Assembly (NCBI GenBank): GCA_026936335.1
Contig: JAPMXV010000029.1
Coordinates: forward strand, 62,001 to 126,000
DNA: 64,000 nucleotides
From: Mantamonas sphyraenae STR306
Taxonomy: Eukaryota > Protista > CRuMs
Direction of reading: 5' to 3'
Each line of letters starts with the position of its first letter. The stretch's first letter is position 1. This document shows positions 25,171 through 38,500 of this stretch, piece after piece. The notes beneath the pieces are model-generated. The model was given only the letters and a program-made list of their open reading frames with translations, searched no databases and was not told the DNA's origin. The position numbers and the translations under genes were made by a program.

Positions 25171-25345
25171 CTGCTGCTCGACGACGAGCTTGAGCCACCG
25201 CTGCGTGCATACTTGCGGCTGGGCGCAAGGTTGGGTGTGGCCTTGCTCGATTTGGCCTCCATCAAACCACCCAGGTGCTTGCACACCCATTGCTGCACAC
25301 GTGCAGCGCTTGCACGGTACGACGCAGGCGAGGATGATGACTGTT

Positions 25346-28300
25346 TCATTGTGATGCAAGCAACCCTTGTGTCCCATGCGCTTCCTCAGTCTCGCTGTCG
25401 TTGTCATGCGTGTCCTCCTCGTCGCCACTGTTGGTCGCAGAGACAATGTCGTCGAGCTCGATGGCGTCGACTGTCGACTTGGTGGTGGAGGTCGTTGTCT
25501 TGGGAGCACGCTGCTTGACCTTGTACCGCATGATGAGAATCTGCACAAGGAGAAGACAGAGAAACATGGCCAGCAGGACGAGGACCGGAGAGAGGAGATC
25601 GGCGTCTGGCGAGATGAGGTCCATGCCTTTGACCTTATATGCGTACACAGCCGGGTGCTGTTCAAGGAAACACCAGAGGTTGCCAATCGACGTGTCGCCC
25701 AGTCGACACATGTACGAGCCGTGCTTGTCCATTTCTGCTCGAAGCATGCCCAAAAATGTGAATCTGATCGGGGACAAATTTGTGAAATGCATGAGCACGC
25801 CTTCGCGCACGCGTACGTAGAAGCCAGCCAGGAGGACTGTCGTTTGCAAGACTAGCGTGGCCACCACAATGCCAAGCGGGACTGCCTGCGTGAGCATGCC
25901 GCACACAATGCCGATCTGTGCGTACACAATCAGATTGAGCGACAACATCAGGCCATGGTACAGAAGCGTTCCTGCCTTCAGTCCAATGCCAGCCATTGGA
26001 AATGCCACAATGACAAAGACAAAGGGACCGGCAAACTCGCCAGCAGCGTACACCAGGTTCTCCGCCACGACCGAGGCCGCCGAAGAGCCTTTGCCGTTTC
26101 TGATCCTCGCCACGGTCGCCTGCGTCCTGACCGCTGCTCTGGCGCAGCAGGAAAAGGCTCGAGGGAACGTCGCCAGTGTCAGGGCGAAGAAGAGCAACGA
26201 GATGGTCTCATTCACTCCACGGGCCCACGGAGTTTCGCCGATCTGGAAGAAAATCGCTCCACAGACCAGGGCAAGGCCCACCACCTCGACCACCCTAGCA
26301 ATGTTCAACACTTCTGGGCGATAGCTCTTCCACTCTTGCTTAAACAGAGCTGCCACGAGAGTGAAAAAGTTGCTGCGACGTGTCGTCGCCGTTGACGATT
26401 CGTCTCCTCGAGCTGCGTCGGAGGCCTCTGCCGCCTCAACCATGTCCTTCTCCTCCTTTGACACACGAGCCTGCCAAACGGCAGCGTCCCACTCCTCCGT
26501 CTCTCCTGCCTGGTGTTCACCGAGATCACCGGCCCACCGGACTACGCCGTTGCCCTCGAGCCACACCAGCCTGGCGCCAGGAGCAACATCACGCACGTGT
26601 TGGGGCACGTCTCGCATGCTCACAATCACTGCCGCTTGCGTGCGCTCCGCGTAGTCCACAAGGGCGCGCATGAGCTGCTCCAGAGTGGCCGAGTCCTGAA
26701 AGGCATCGACGTCGTCCACAAGGAGCACGGGGCGTGCAAACAGCAGCTGCACACCCACACGCACCAGCTGCTGCTCTCCACGTGATAGTTGACCAAATGC
26801 AACCTGTTTCTTGTGCGCAAGCTCCAGTGCATCCAGCGTCGTGTCGATCAGCTCCTCCAGCATCCCCTTGCTGACCCCATTCTGGATGCGCTGCCGCGCC
26901 AACAGATTGCCATGGAAGCGCATGATGCCCGCCACACTCTCTTTCGGGTCAAAGACAGTCGTGTCGGTGCCCACATATGCGGCCGTGCTCCCGAGCTGCT
27001 TGCGATTCAGTTTCAAAATGTTTCGCCCGCACACGTGTACTCTGGAAGCAGTGGATATGCTCAGTCCTTGCATGTCCACCCCGCACACGTGTTTCAACAG
27101 AGCGGTCTTGCCGCATCCACAGCCGCCTGCGACGATGAGCACAGTGCCGCCTCGGAGCGAGCCCTGGCTGTTGACAACGGTGCCCTGGGCAGAATCGACA
27201 CGCAGGTGCCAGGAAAGCCCCACGCCATCTGCAGTGTTGACATTGGCGCGAGCGACGTCGGCACGCTCTTGCGCTGTGACGGGTTTGGCGACAACCGCCG
27301 TAGACGACTTGCCGGCCGCGCGTCGTCGTGCTACACACAGGCCGCACACGATGACGAGCAAAACGCCCACCACAATCACAGAAAACACCCAGCTGGGCAC
27401 GTCGCCTTGCTGATGGGCTGTGATGCCCAGCGGGTAGAGGGGCTTGATCTTTTCGCGGAGGAACGGGGCGTACGCAGGGTCGTGTCTGCAGAGCGCATCC
27501 GATGAGCACCGGAATCCACGCGGGAGGATTGGACCAAAGACCGCGTCTTCGTCTGCGAAACACTCACATGCAGGGAACGAAGGGAAGGGGAGTTGATCGG
27601 GATGCTCCGGTCCCGGTGGGTACGTCGGTGGCAAATCGGCTTGAGTGTACGTGGGAGGGTCGCCCACCTTGATGATAAACGCCATTCCGTCCTCTCTGTG
27701 GATGTCGATGTGACAGTGAGCGAAGAACACGCCAGGCTCAGTGGTGACGAGGGCGACCGCGACGGCTCCTCCCGCGGGGATCACAAAGGTATCGAGCAGA
27801 GCGGAAGTCCCCATCACTGCCTTTTTCTTCAACCGTGCCGTCGCCTCGGGTGTGGTTAGGTCCGTGTTCAGTCGACATCCCACGAGCGTGCAGTCGCGCT
27901 CGACATCGGGCACCGCGACTTCCAATACACGGAAGTGGATGCCGTGCAGGTGTATGTTGTGTGGGAAGGATGTACGCGAGCGAAACACAATAATGACCGT
28001 TGTGTTCTGGCGCAGCTCCAGAACTTGGGAGTGCGGGTGCAGATCGCGGTCGGCGGAGAAATTGGCGAGCAGCATCGGCTTGACTGGGTTCCGGTGCTGT
28101 GTAAACGGGCCGCCGTCGATGGCCACGAAGTGGCCGTAACTGGGTGATGGGTAAAAATCAAAGTCGACTCGCTTTTCTTGAAACCCGTGGGCAGTCGGAG
28201 ATTCGGGGGCATCCTCGAGATCAGGCCGCGTCTCCAGTGCTGTCGTACGCAGACACAGCGACGGGTCGAGGGAGATTTGCCAGCAGTTGAAGGTCTTTAG

Positions 28301-29579
28301 TTTCAGCGGGTCAGGACGCTCGCTGTGCTGTGGCTCGGGCACAGCGCTGTCCGGAACGGGCGTCCCTCCTGCAGTCACATACAGAATGCCCCGTACTTCG
28401 TGCAAATACCCCTGCTTCGGGTTCTCCAGTGTGCGCGCACGGATGTAAAATGCCGTGTCCGTCTGAACAGTGGGAACGGTGAACTCAAGATCAAACCGCT
28501 CGGCGGTGTGCAGTGACACTGCTTGCACCCGCAAAGGGATGTGATCGGAGCCGTCTGCAGCCACCACATCAAACTCGGGCACTCCATCGATCGTTACAGT
28601 GAAGGCGAATACTGCGCCCATGTTGATCAATCGCAAGCGGATCTTCTCGCCAGATTGCGCGCGCACAATGGCCCTCTCCTTCCCGTTCATCAGGCCTCCG
28701 TGCCATGCGACGGTGGCGACACGCATGCCATCCACGTCTTTGGCCACGGAGCCTTCGAGGCCGCCCACATTCTGCCAGAAAAGGAGACTGGCAGGGTAGG
28801 GGAAGTAGTCCTGCAACGTCAGGATCCGTTCGCCTGCACCCCACGCAAAGGCGTCCCCGCCGATGACAGAGGCTGCAGAGGTGTTTGCAGGATGGATGAT
28901 TAGTGGGCCGTGCACCAGATTCTGCCCGGTGGTCTCCAGGCCGCTGTGGGTCTGTGTGGGGCAGACAAAGAAGAGTGTGGCGCATTCGAGAGTCAGCGGC
29001 GGCAGAGGAGGCGGTTTGGCTGGGGCGGAGGCGGAGGAGATGCCTCATGTCGGCGCCTGCCAACTCTGCCATGGGCGAGCTCGGCACAGGCCCGTGCTCC
29101 GCTGGGGCGGAGGAGTTGCCTGGGCCTCTTGCTGCCATGGGCGAGCTGCCTTTGGGGCGCGCGCATGCGCCAGATCCGGGACGTGCCGCAAGTCCGCTGC
29201 AGATGTCACTCACATGGTACCAGTATGTGCCGGGCCGTTCGTGCAGCGTGTTGAACTTGTAATTCATACAGTGCCCAGGTGGGATACCCCATTGCGTCAG
29301 GCCAACCACACCGTCGAAAAGCAGGTTCCCGCGCATCTCCAGGCCGTGCCAATGCAGACTGAGAATTTCCTCCAGGTTGTTGCGCACGGTGACCTCCAGC
29401 GTGTCGCCTTTGCGCACGTGGATCGCCGGTGCCGTCATCCTGTTGTTTATCCAGGCCACTCGCAGCTTCTCCCCGCCGATGTGGTGCAGTCCGTTGGTTA
29501 CGTTAAACTCGTAACGCACCAGAGCACCATGCGTCGACACCACACAGACCAAGCACAGCAACAGAGTCCACTTGATCAT
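25346..29579 (-). CDS. Multicopper oxidase (laccase-like) - TM - ABCG half-transporter fusion, about 1323 aa; intron 28952-29213
   Basis: Signal MIKWTLLLCLVCVVSTHG; copper ligands SLHWHG, WYH|THS (completed by a cat|gtgagt...cacag| splice), PHNIHLHG, FAHCHIDIHREDGM; TM WVFSVIVVGVLLVIVCGLCV-ARRR; Walker A GGCGCGKT, LSRGEQQ, VLLVDD; ABC2-type membrane domain. No stop between oxidase and transporter. Confidence 0.9.
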
Positions 29580-29637
29580 TACCTTGCCCCCCCCGGCGCG
29601 GAAGAAAACCAAGCGCAGCCGCACAACCAACCCATTC

Positions 29638-30266
29638 ATGAGCGACACAGACGCAAGCGACATCCACATGGTGTCAGACGGCATGGCGGTGAACATCGTA
29701 CGTCCACCCCCTTCCTCCCCCCCTCCCTCCATCCCTAACCCCCCCCCCCCCACCCCCCCACACAGACCGCCAAGCACAACCGCAAGCTCCTGGGCGCACT
29801 TGCAGCCACGGCAGCCGTCGTCCTGGTGTTTCTGATCCTAATCATGGCTCAAGTGGGCGTGCTTGAAGCACGTTTGAAGCCCGCACCCTGCGCACGCATC
29901 ACAGGCGCCCAATTGGCCGACGGCGAGCGGGGTGTGTCGACTCATGTTCTGGATGTTGCTGCCGGCCTACCGGGCAGCAACATCACCGTCACGCTGTACA
30001 AGAAGGGCAGCAACGGCGCCTACGCCGTCGTGGGCTCCGGCGCAACGGGCAGCGACGGACGCGCCGACCTCATGGCGGCCAGCCAGATGAGTGCCAACAC
30101 GACGTACAAGCTGCACTTTGCGCTCGAGGCGTACTTTGCAGCCACCGGCACCCCGGTCGTGTTTCCAGAGGCGGAGGTGGTGTTTCGCGTCGGCGGCGCC
30201 GTCGAGCATTATCACATGCCGCTGCTGCTGAGCCCCGGCGGCTACACGACGTACAGGGGGTCTTGA
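29638..30266 (+). CDS. URAH: 5-hydroxyisourate hydrolase (transthyretin-like) with N-terminal signal-anchor; intron 29698-29765
   Basis: STHVLD, DGR, HYHMPLLLSPGGYTTYRGS* signature. An atc|gtacgt...ccctaac...cacag| intron gives MSDTDASDIHMVSDGMAVNI-TAKHNRKLLGALAATAAVVLVFLILIMAQVGVL in frame. Confidence 0.93.
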
Positions 30267-30792
30267 GCGGGCTGGTGTCGTTGGATGGCACATACGCAGA
30301 TACAACAGCAGGGTGTGGGAACGCAGGCGTGTCGCATGTCATGTGGGATGACGAAAGTACCAAGCGTGGCACACTGCGAGTCCTTCACGGTGTCGTCCCG
30401 ACTGGCGCTCAACGTGAACTCCCCGTTGCGCTCTACCCCTGGTTACAACTACCAACTGCCAGCACGCATGGTTCACTACTATGGACTGCCTGTGTGCATC
30501 AAATCAAATGAACCCCCTCCGTCGGCCACACCGGCCCGCTGCGTTGCCCCACCCAACATGACCGCGTCACCGCCAGTGCGTTGCACCCCTTTCCCCTCTT
30601 TCCACTCCTCCCACACCCCTTCTCCCCTGCCCACCCCGCGCCGCCTGGTCCCCTTCCCTCTCTGGCCGTCCACCTGCTCGTGTCCCAACGACACAATCAC
30701 GGACCCGTCCCACTCCGCATCCACCGTGAGCGATGTCCAACATGCTGGCAGCACACGCTGGTTGCGCCATGGCACAACAGCCCGCCCGTGTG

Positions 30793-32324
30793 ATGGCCTT
30801 CCGAGTGTGTGCCTGTGCGGCCGATGGTGCGGCTGCTTGTCCAGAAACGGTTAAACCCTGCCCCCCCGCCTCCTCGCCTCGTGACGACGACCCATGCGTG
30901 GCAGACCTCACTGACCCTCCCCGTCGTCGCTATCTCTCCAGGCTGCCCCCTCGTCGACTGAAAAGGGCGATGCCCTGACGCCTACAAAGGGAGGCAACAA
31001 ACGGGTGAATGTGCTCATCATGACAAACGCCATGCTCCAGATCTTCCTCACAGGAGGTGTTGTGTACGGTTTCCCGTCCCTTGTGGCCAAGGCAAGCAAG
31101 GAGGGTGTGCTGTCGTCTGTGTGTGCCAACCCGGTGCGCGGAGAGCTGTGCACCGAGCAGAACGTGATTCTGAACCTGAGCTATGTCCTGGGGGGTCTTG
31201 TGACACAGGCGTCGCGCCTGTGGGTTGGCGCTGCGCAGGACTACTTTTCTGCCACGCGAGAGAACCCGTACATGGTCATGGGAATTGGCGTGCTCGTGCC
31301 GCACATCCTGGCAGCGATCACGCTTGCGTTTGCGACCGAGAGCGCGTTCCTGTTTTATCTGGGCGTTATGCTGCTCGGCTTTTCTGGGCCAGGGACGCAG
31401 ACGATTGCGGTGCAGCTCGCGAGCCACGAAGAGTTTGCCGACCGCAAGGACTTGCTTGTTGGTGTTTCCGTGACCTTCTTTGCGGCGTCATCTGCCGTGT
31501 TTCTGGTCATGGAGCGGGTTGTGGCCTCGTGGACAGTGTGCTTCCTTGTGTACGCCGGCATACTTGTGCTGATGGCGGTTGTGTCTGCGCTGGTGTACGG
31601 ACAGGAAAGTCCGATTCTGAAAGTGAGGGCAAACGACAACGAGGTGCGGGTCGTGCGGTCCACATACGATCGTGACGCGCAGCCACTCGCCCGCATCGTC
31701 TTTGGGCGCGAGTTTGCGATGTTCCTCCTCGGCTGGAAGACCACTGTCCTCGTTTTTTCACAGGGGTTGTTGGGGACGGTTCCAACGTATCTTCTGCAGG
31801 CCGGGTTGTCCAATGCGCAGGTTATCGAGTACTCGGCTGTTCTCACTGCCATCAACTCTGCCAGTGGAGTGTTGGCGCCGCTGCACGGCTTGCTCATAAG
31901 GCGGTTTGGGCACCGCGCGGGAATGCTCACCGTGGCGTTGGCAAACCTGGCCAGTGGGGTGCTGCTGCTCACAAGCACTGCTCCGGTCTCTTTCTACTTG
32001 TTTTCAATCACGTTCTCTTATGGGAGACGAGGCCTCTTCACCAGCGGCATTGCCTATAGCGGGTCCTTCTCGAACCTGCACTTGGGAAAGGTTATCGGCG
32101 TGGCACTGTCTGCAAGTGCGTTTGTGGCGGCTGCAGCGCAAGCTGGCATGGTCGCATGGGGTCTGGGAGTGGGCAGTTTCGTCGGACCCTACGCTGTCAT
32201 GCTGGGGCTTGTCGGCGTTGCTCTGATCTACGCATCCATCACAAACGTCAGTGGTCACGTGATTGAACCAGTGGAGACGGCCGAGTTGGTTACAGTCGCT
32301 GCAGTGCGCCGGGACTCGCCATAG
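30793..32324 (+). CDS. MFS transporter, SLC43/Fmp42-like (about 12 TM); 5' exon 30793-30849 tentative, alternative start 31020
   Basis: GGVVYGFPSL..KEGVLSSVC...C.EQNVILNLSYVLG matches the SLC43 TM1/Cys-loop pattern; many hydrophobic helices; acceptor ctctccag| at 30941. Confidence 0.75.
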
Positions 32325-32379
32325 ATGCACGGTGACAAAATACAGTACATTGTGGATGGTGGACACCGCGGAAGGGTGA

Positions 32380-32537
32380 CGAGGTGTTCTGGATGGGATG
32401 GAAGTGGTGGGGATGTGATGGTGATGAATAGGGAGGAGCGGGAGGCGCATGTGGAGGAGAGAGGGTGGGAAGGATGGATGACACTTCCGGATGAGGTACT
32501 GGAGAGGGTGATTAGGAGGGTGGAGAGAGGGGGGTGA
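32380..32537 (+). pseudogene. Relic of the F-box-like C-terminal tail, tail-to-tail with giant gene 2
   Basis: VMNREEREA..GWMTLPDEVLERVIRRVERGG* resembles VMNGEEREA..WMTLPDEVMERVIEWVGRG in the 5550-7044 product. Confidence 0.75.
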
Positions 32538-32567
32538 CTGGAAAGGGTGTGGGAATGTAGGGCTGGT

Positions 32568-35500
32568 TCATTCGAGGCGCTGGCGTTTGGAGGAGGAGGA
32601 GGAGGAGGAGGAGGAGGAGGAAGGGTTTTTGCGCTTGGGGAGGGTGAACGAGGGGATAGGGTAGGCGTTGACGAGTGCGATGGTGGTGGGTCGGGTGGTG
32701 ATGTGGGGTGTGATGCGGTCGATGAGGGTGTGGAGGAGGGTGTGCAGTGTGGCGTCGCTGGGTTTGGGGTTGTCGAGCCAGGCGATCTTGAGGGAGAGGG
32801 AGGTGACGCCGCGGGTGAGGGTAGTGCTGATGGCAGGTTGCACCTGCTGATAGGTGGTGTGTGGTCTGAGGAGGCGGACAAAGAAGGCCAGGTCGACAGG
32901 CGGCACGCCAACGTTGCCCAGCGCCAGGATGATGTGTCGCACCAGAGACAGCAGGTCGCCGTGGATGATCAACTCACGCAGTGCCTGGTGCTCGTGCGCG
33001 TACTGATGGCGAGGGTACTTGGCTGAGCGTGCCTTCATGTATGCCAGCAGCGTCTGGAACTCCCGCGCCGTGCAGCTGCCACGCTCGTCGCTTGTTCTCT
33101 GCACTGCCCAGCCACTGCGCACAGACTCGGGATGCCACTTGTCCACCTCGGTGATGGTGAGGTGGTGGTCATAGTCGCATTGAATCCAGTGCGGGTCGCT
33201 GTCGCTATCAGCAGGGCGTCGTGCTTTCTGCAGCCACAGCTGGGTCTGCTCGTGCTCCTTCCAGGTGGTGGGATGGGGTCTGTCGCCGAGAGTGTCCATC
33301 TCTGTCATGAGCAGGTGGAGGAGGGCGTAGTTGGGGTCGCCGTGGTCGTGTGGCTCCTCCAGCCAGCACACCTTCAACTCAGCCTTGGTCACACCCATGG
33401 CCAGGCCAGCGTGGAGGATGGCATGGCTGCACGCCGTTTGATCCATCTCACGGCCGTGAAGGGTGAGGCAGAGTGCCATGTCGCCCTGGGAGAGGGGAAT
33501 GTTGCCCAGAGCGAGCTGAATCTGTCGGACAAGCGTCAGCAGCGTGCCATGACAGACCACAACACGTGCCTGCAGGGTCATGAGGTCGGAGATGTCGTCG
33601 AGAGGATGCTCGTTGGCCAGGGTGTGCATGTGCTTCAGCAGTGCCGTGTGCTCCTCCTTGTTGCTGTGGCTGCGCCTGCGCCACCTCTTCCAGCCACAGC
33701 GCACAACGCCATCTGGCAGTCCATCCTCCACGGCCATCTTCTCCTCCTCTGTGGGCTCGGGCAGAACTAGCTTGGGGATGTCGAGGGTGTTGACGGCGTC
33801 AGTGGTGGTGGGGCGGGTGGTGATGTGGGGTGTGATGCGGTCGATGAGGGTGTGGAGGAGGGTGTGCAGTGTGGCGTCGTTGCGTTTGGGGTTGTCGAGC
33901 CAGGCGATCTTGAGGGAGAGGGAGGTGACACCGTGGCTGAGGGTGATGCCGATGGCACCTTGCACCTGCTGGTAGGTGAGGTTTGGCCTGAGGAGGCGGA
34001 CAAAGAAGGCCAGGTCGACAGGCGGCACGCCAACGTTGCCCAGCGCCAGGATGACGTGTCGCACAAGGGACTGCTGGTTTCCATTGTTGATCAGCTCACG
34101 CAGTGCATGGAGCTCGTGTGTGTGCTGATGGCGAGGGTGCTTGGCTGCACGTGTCTTCATGTGTGCCAGCAGCGTCTGGAACTCTCGCGCCGTGCAGCTG
34201 CCACGCTCGTCGCTGGGAGTACCCTTGGTCCAGCCACTGCGCACAGACTCTGGATGCCACTTGTCCACCTTGATGGTGGTATCGAGATGGTGGTCGTAGT
34301 CACATTGTGTCCAGTGTGGGTCGCTGTCGTTGTCAGCAGGGCGTCGTGCTTTCTGCAGCACCAGTTGGGTCTGCTCGTGCTCCTTCCAGGTGGTGGGGTG
34401 GGGCCTGTCGCCGAGAGTGTCCATCTCGCTCATGAGGAGGTGGAGGAGGGCGTAGTTGGGGTCGCCGTAGTCGTGTGGCTCCTCCAGCCAGCACACCTTC
34501 AACCCAGCCTTTGTCACACCCATGGCCAGACCAGCGGCGTGGATGGCACTGCTGCACGCCATTTGATCCATGCCACGGCCGAGAAGGGTGAGGCACAAGG
34601 CCATGTCGCCCTGGGAGAGAGGAATGTTGCCCAAAGCGAGCTGAATCTGTCGGACCAGCGTGCGCAGGGTGCCATGGCAGACCACAACACGCGCCTGCAG
34701 GGTCATGAGATCGGTGATGTCGTCGATGGGATGCTCATTGGCCAGGGTGTGCATGTGCTTCAGCAGTGCCGTGTGCTCCTTCTTGTTGCTGTGGCTGCGC
34801 TCGTCACTGGGCCCCATTGTCCAGCCACTGCGCACAACACCATCTGGCAACTTGATCTTCTTGTCCACGCCTGCTTTCTTCCGTGCGCCGGTGTCTCCGT
34901 TCATGGCACTCCTTGCCCGTGTGCTCGACGTTCCTGTCTCGGTGCCACTGCCAGCCGTGACCCTGCGCCTGCGCTGTCCGTTGCCTTTCATCTTCTGTGG
35001 ACCAGTACGACGGCGAGCGTGCCCTCTACCGTTGCCTCTCGGCTGCCACTCGTCCGCGCCCTCCTGCTCCATGTCGTCGCTGTCGTCGTCGCTGTCATCT
35101 TCCGGCATGTACTCCTCATCCATGGCATCACCAGCGTCTGCAAACCTGAATGAACCCCCAGTTTCCACCTCGTCGTCCACGGGCTGCTGGGGTGCGTCGT
35201 TTGCCTCGCCGTCTACCTCGTACGCCTCCATCCATGAGCTGCTCATCCACTCTGAGTTACTGGAGGGTGACCGTGGTTCAATGTGGCCAAAGTTCAGTAC
35301 CATCAGGTCCTCCACGTCACCAGTGTCATGTGTGTGCGTATCCTGGTCTGCGTCGTCGTCGTCGTCGCTGTCTCCAGTCTGCCGTGTGGCCTGGTGGGAG
35401 GAGGAGGACGATGTGGTGGTGGTGGATGTGGTCCGTGTGATGCCGACAAACGCAGGGCTGATGCGTTTGGGGACGCGGTTGTGGTTCGTGGTGGGTTGAG

Positions 35501-38500
35501 CAGGCGGAGGGTGCGACGGAGGCTGAGCGAAGCGCATCTGGGCGGTTTGTCGCGGCTGAGGAGGAGGCGGAGGAGGATAGGCGTAGTATGGGTGGCCCTG
35601 ATGAGCATAAGCGTGGTGTTGCTGCTGGGGATAGGTGTTGACAGGGACCCAGATGATGGGTGGTTGTGGGTGCTGGTACGGGTTTTGTACGCCAGAGACG
35701 GGCGGCATGTTCGGAAACGGCTGGGCAGCCATGGGAGGGACCATGTACGCATCGCTGTGGGAAGATGAAAGGGGACACACCTCCTCTTCCACACGTTGCC
35801 TCTTCTCCACCTCATCCTCCTCCTGTTCGTTCTTGCGCTTCCTCTTCTCTTGCTCCACCACCTTGTTCATCAGAAAGTACGGATGCAGCTCCAGAGGGCC
35901 ATACTCGCCACGGCCGAAGGCCTCATTGCAGATCGTCACTGCCAAGTTCGCAACCTTCTTTGCCCGGACCTCCCCCAGAATCCCCAGGGCAGTGTGTACA
36001 CCCAGAAGCAACGTCACCCCAGTCAAGTCTTGCAGCTCGCCCTCGGGGACTGATTGATTCCATCCTTGGCTGTTCTGATTCAGAAATGTCTTCAACCCGT
36101 CCAGGTCAGCATGATTCTTCTCGTACTCGTCCAGAGTCGTCTTCAGTGCAGCCAGGCATGTTTTGTCGCATGCCCGGTTGTAGGCCTTAACCAATTCCAC
36201 CACCGCGTTCACCTCCTGCTTGGCGCGCTCTCTGGTCAAGGGGACTGGACGGTCTCTCTTGTCACTGTTGTTGCCGAAAGCGTGACGATTGCGGTGGTTC
36301 TCAGCAACGTAGGCGGTGTCTGGGAGCTGGACATCCAATGCGCTGCTTTCGTACAGATGTGCCCGCATAAAACGTAGCACCTCTTGCTCTTCACTCCAGT
36401 CATCCGGATGAGGCACATCCGTCAGTGCCAGCAACGAGAGATGGAGGAGCCGTTGCTGGTCCTCTGTCGTCAGCGAAATGCTTTCCTCTGGGTTCTTCGC
36501 GCTGCGATAAACCAACGGCAGCGAGAGGCCGGCACTCGCCACGCATGTAAGATCGTCGCTGTCCTCCGCCACGACACCCAAGCACGCGTAATCGGACCCC
36601 TCCGTGGCGATCCAGTCGACCAGCAATGTGTCTGCCTCTGCCATACGCGATTGGTCCTCAGGCACCATGACACTCCTCCCAGAATTGACCAAGGCAGCAG
36701 CACAAAGCCTGTACCGAATCGCCTTGCTTTGTTGAAGGAGATCGCGCGTCCGGGACGCCGTTCTCAGCGTCTCGACGAACCACGTTCGGCTCTTGTATCC
36801 CGCGCCGCCGCACAGTAGCAGCAGGTCATCGTCCGTCCCGGGATGTTCGGTAAAGAAAATGGCCTCGCGTGGGCAGGGCTCAAGGCTGCGTTCGAGCTCA
36901 GCCTGCAATGATTTCATGGCGTTTTCCACGCGCGTTTCGCTGTCCTCTGCAAGGGTACCCCAATGCATACGCCTGAGCGTGAGGAACGTGTAGAGCCCGC
37001 AGTCGACCAGCCAGACTTCGGGTTGGACCGGAGTATTCGTTTCGGCCATCTTGCGCGCAATTTTGAGAAGTGCAGACTTGCTATTGCGTCGCAAGCGCAC
37101 GTCGGTGGTGGGCGGCGGGACATCGTCGCAGTGTGTCCAGTGTGGGTCGCTGTCGTTGTCAGCAGGGCGTCGTGCTTCCTGCAGCCACAGCTGGGTCTGC
37201 TTGTGCTCCTTCCAGGTGGTGGGATGGGGCCTGTTGCCAAGGGTGTCCATCTCTGCCATGAGCAGGTGGAGAAGGGCGTAGTTGGGGTCGCCGTGGTCGT
37301 GTGGCTCCTCCAGCCAGCCCACCTTCAACCTAGCCTTTGTCACACCCACGGCCAGACCAGCGCCGGTGATGGCATTGCTGCATGCACGTGGATCCATGTC
37401 ACGGCCGAGAAGCGTGAGAAAGAAGGCCATGTCGCCCTGGGAGAGGGGAATGTTGCCCAGAGCGAGCTGGATCTGTCGGACCAGCCCGGACATGGATGCA
37501 TTGCAGATCACAACACGGGCATACAGGTTCATGATGTCGCGGGTGACGTCGGTAGGACGCTGGTTGGCCAAAGTGTGCATGTGGTTCAGCAGTGTCGTGT
37601 GTTCCTTCTTGTTGCTGTGGCTGCGCCTGCGCCACCCCTTCCAGCCACTGCGCACAACGCCGTCTGGCAGTCCTTCCATGGCCATCAACTCCTCCTCTGT
37701 GGGCTCGGGCAGAACAAGCGCGGTGATGTCGAGGGCGTTGACGGCAGCGACAGTGGTGGGGCGGGTGGTGATGTGGGGTGTGATGCGGTCGATGAGGGTG
37801 TGGAGGAGGGTGTGCAGTGTGGCGTCGCTGGGTTGGAGGCTGTCGAGCCAGGCGATCTTGAGGGAGAGGGAGGTGACCCCGCGGGCGAGGGTGGCGCTGA
37901 TGGAAGAAATGACCTCGTTGTAAGTGAGGCGTGGCCTGATGAGGCGGACAAAGAAGGCCAGGTCGACAGGCGGCACGCCCACGTTGCCCAGTGCCAGGAT
38001 GATGTGTCGCACCAGGGACAGCAGGTCGCCGTGGATGATCAGCTCACGCAGTGCCTGGTTCTCATGTGTGTACTGATGGCGAGGATGCTTAGCTGCGCGA
38101 TCCTTCAGGTGTGCCAGCAGCGTCTGGAACTCCCGCACCGTGCAGCTGCCACGCTCGTCGCTGGAATTCTGCGCTGCCCAGCCACTGCGCACAGACGCAG
38201 GATGCCACTTTCCCCCCTCGGTGGTATCGAGATGGTGGTCGTAGTCACATTGTGTCCAGTGTGGGTCGCTGTCGTTGTCAGCAGGGCGGCGTGCTTCCTG
38301 CAGCCACAGTTGGGTCTGCTCGTGCTCCTCCCTGGTGGTGGGGTGGGTCCTGTCGCCGAGAGTGTCCATCTCTGTCATGAGGAGGTGGAGGAGGGCGTAG
38401 TTGGGGTCGCCGTGGTCGTGTGGCTCCTCCAGCCAGCACACCTTCAACCCAGCCTTGGTCACACCCATGGCCAGGCCAGCGTGGAGGATGGCATGGCTGC

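Noticed and set aside
29844-29920. PTS2 peroxisomal signal on the HIUase
   Set aside because: RLKPAPCAR and RITGAQL do not fit R-[LI]-x5-[HQ]-L spacing.
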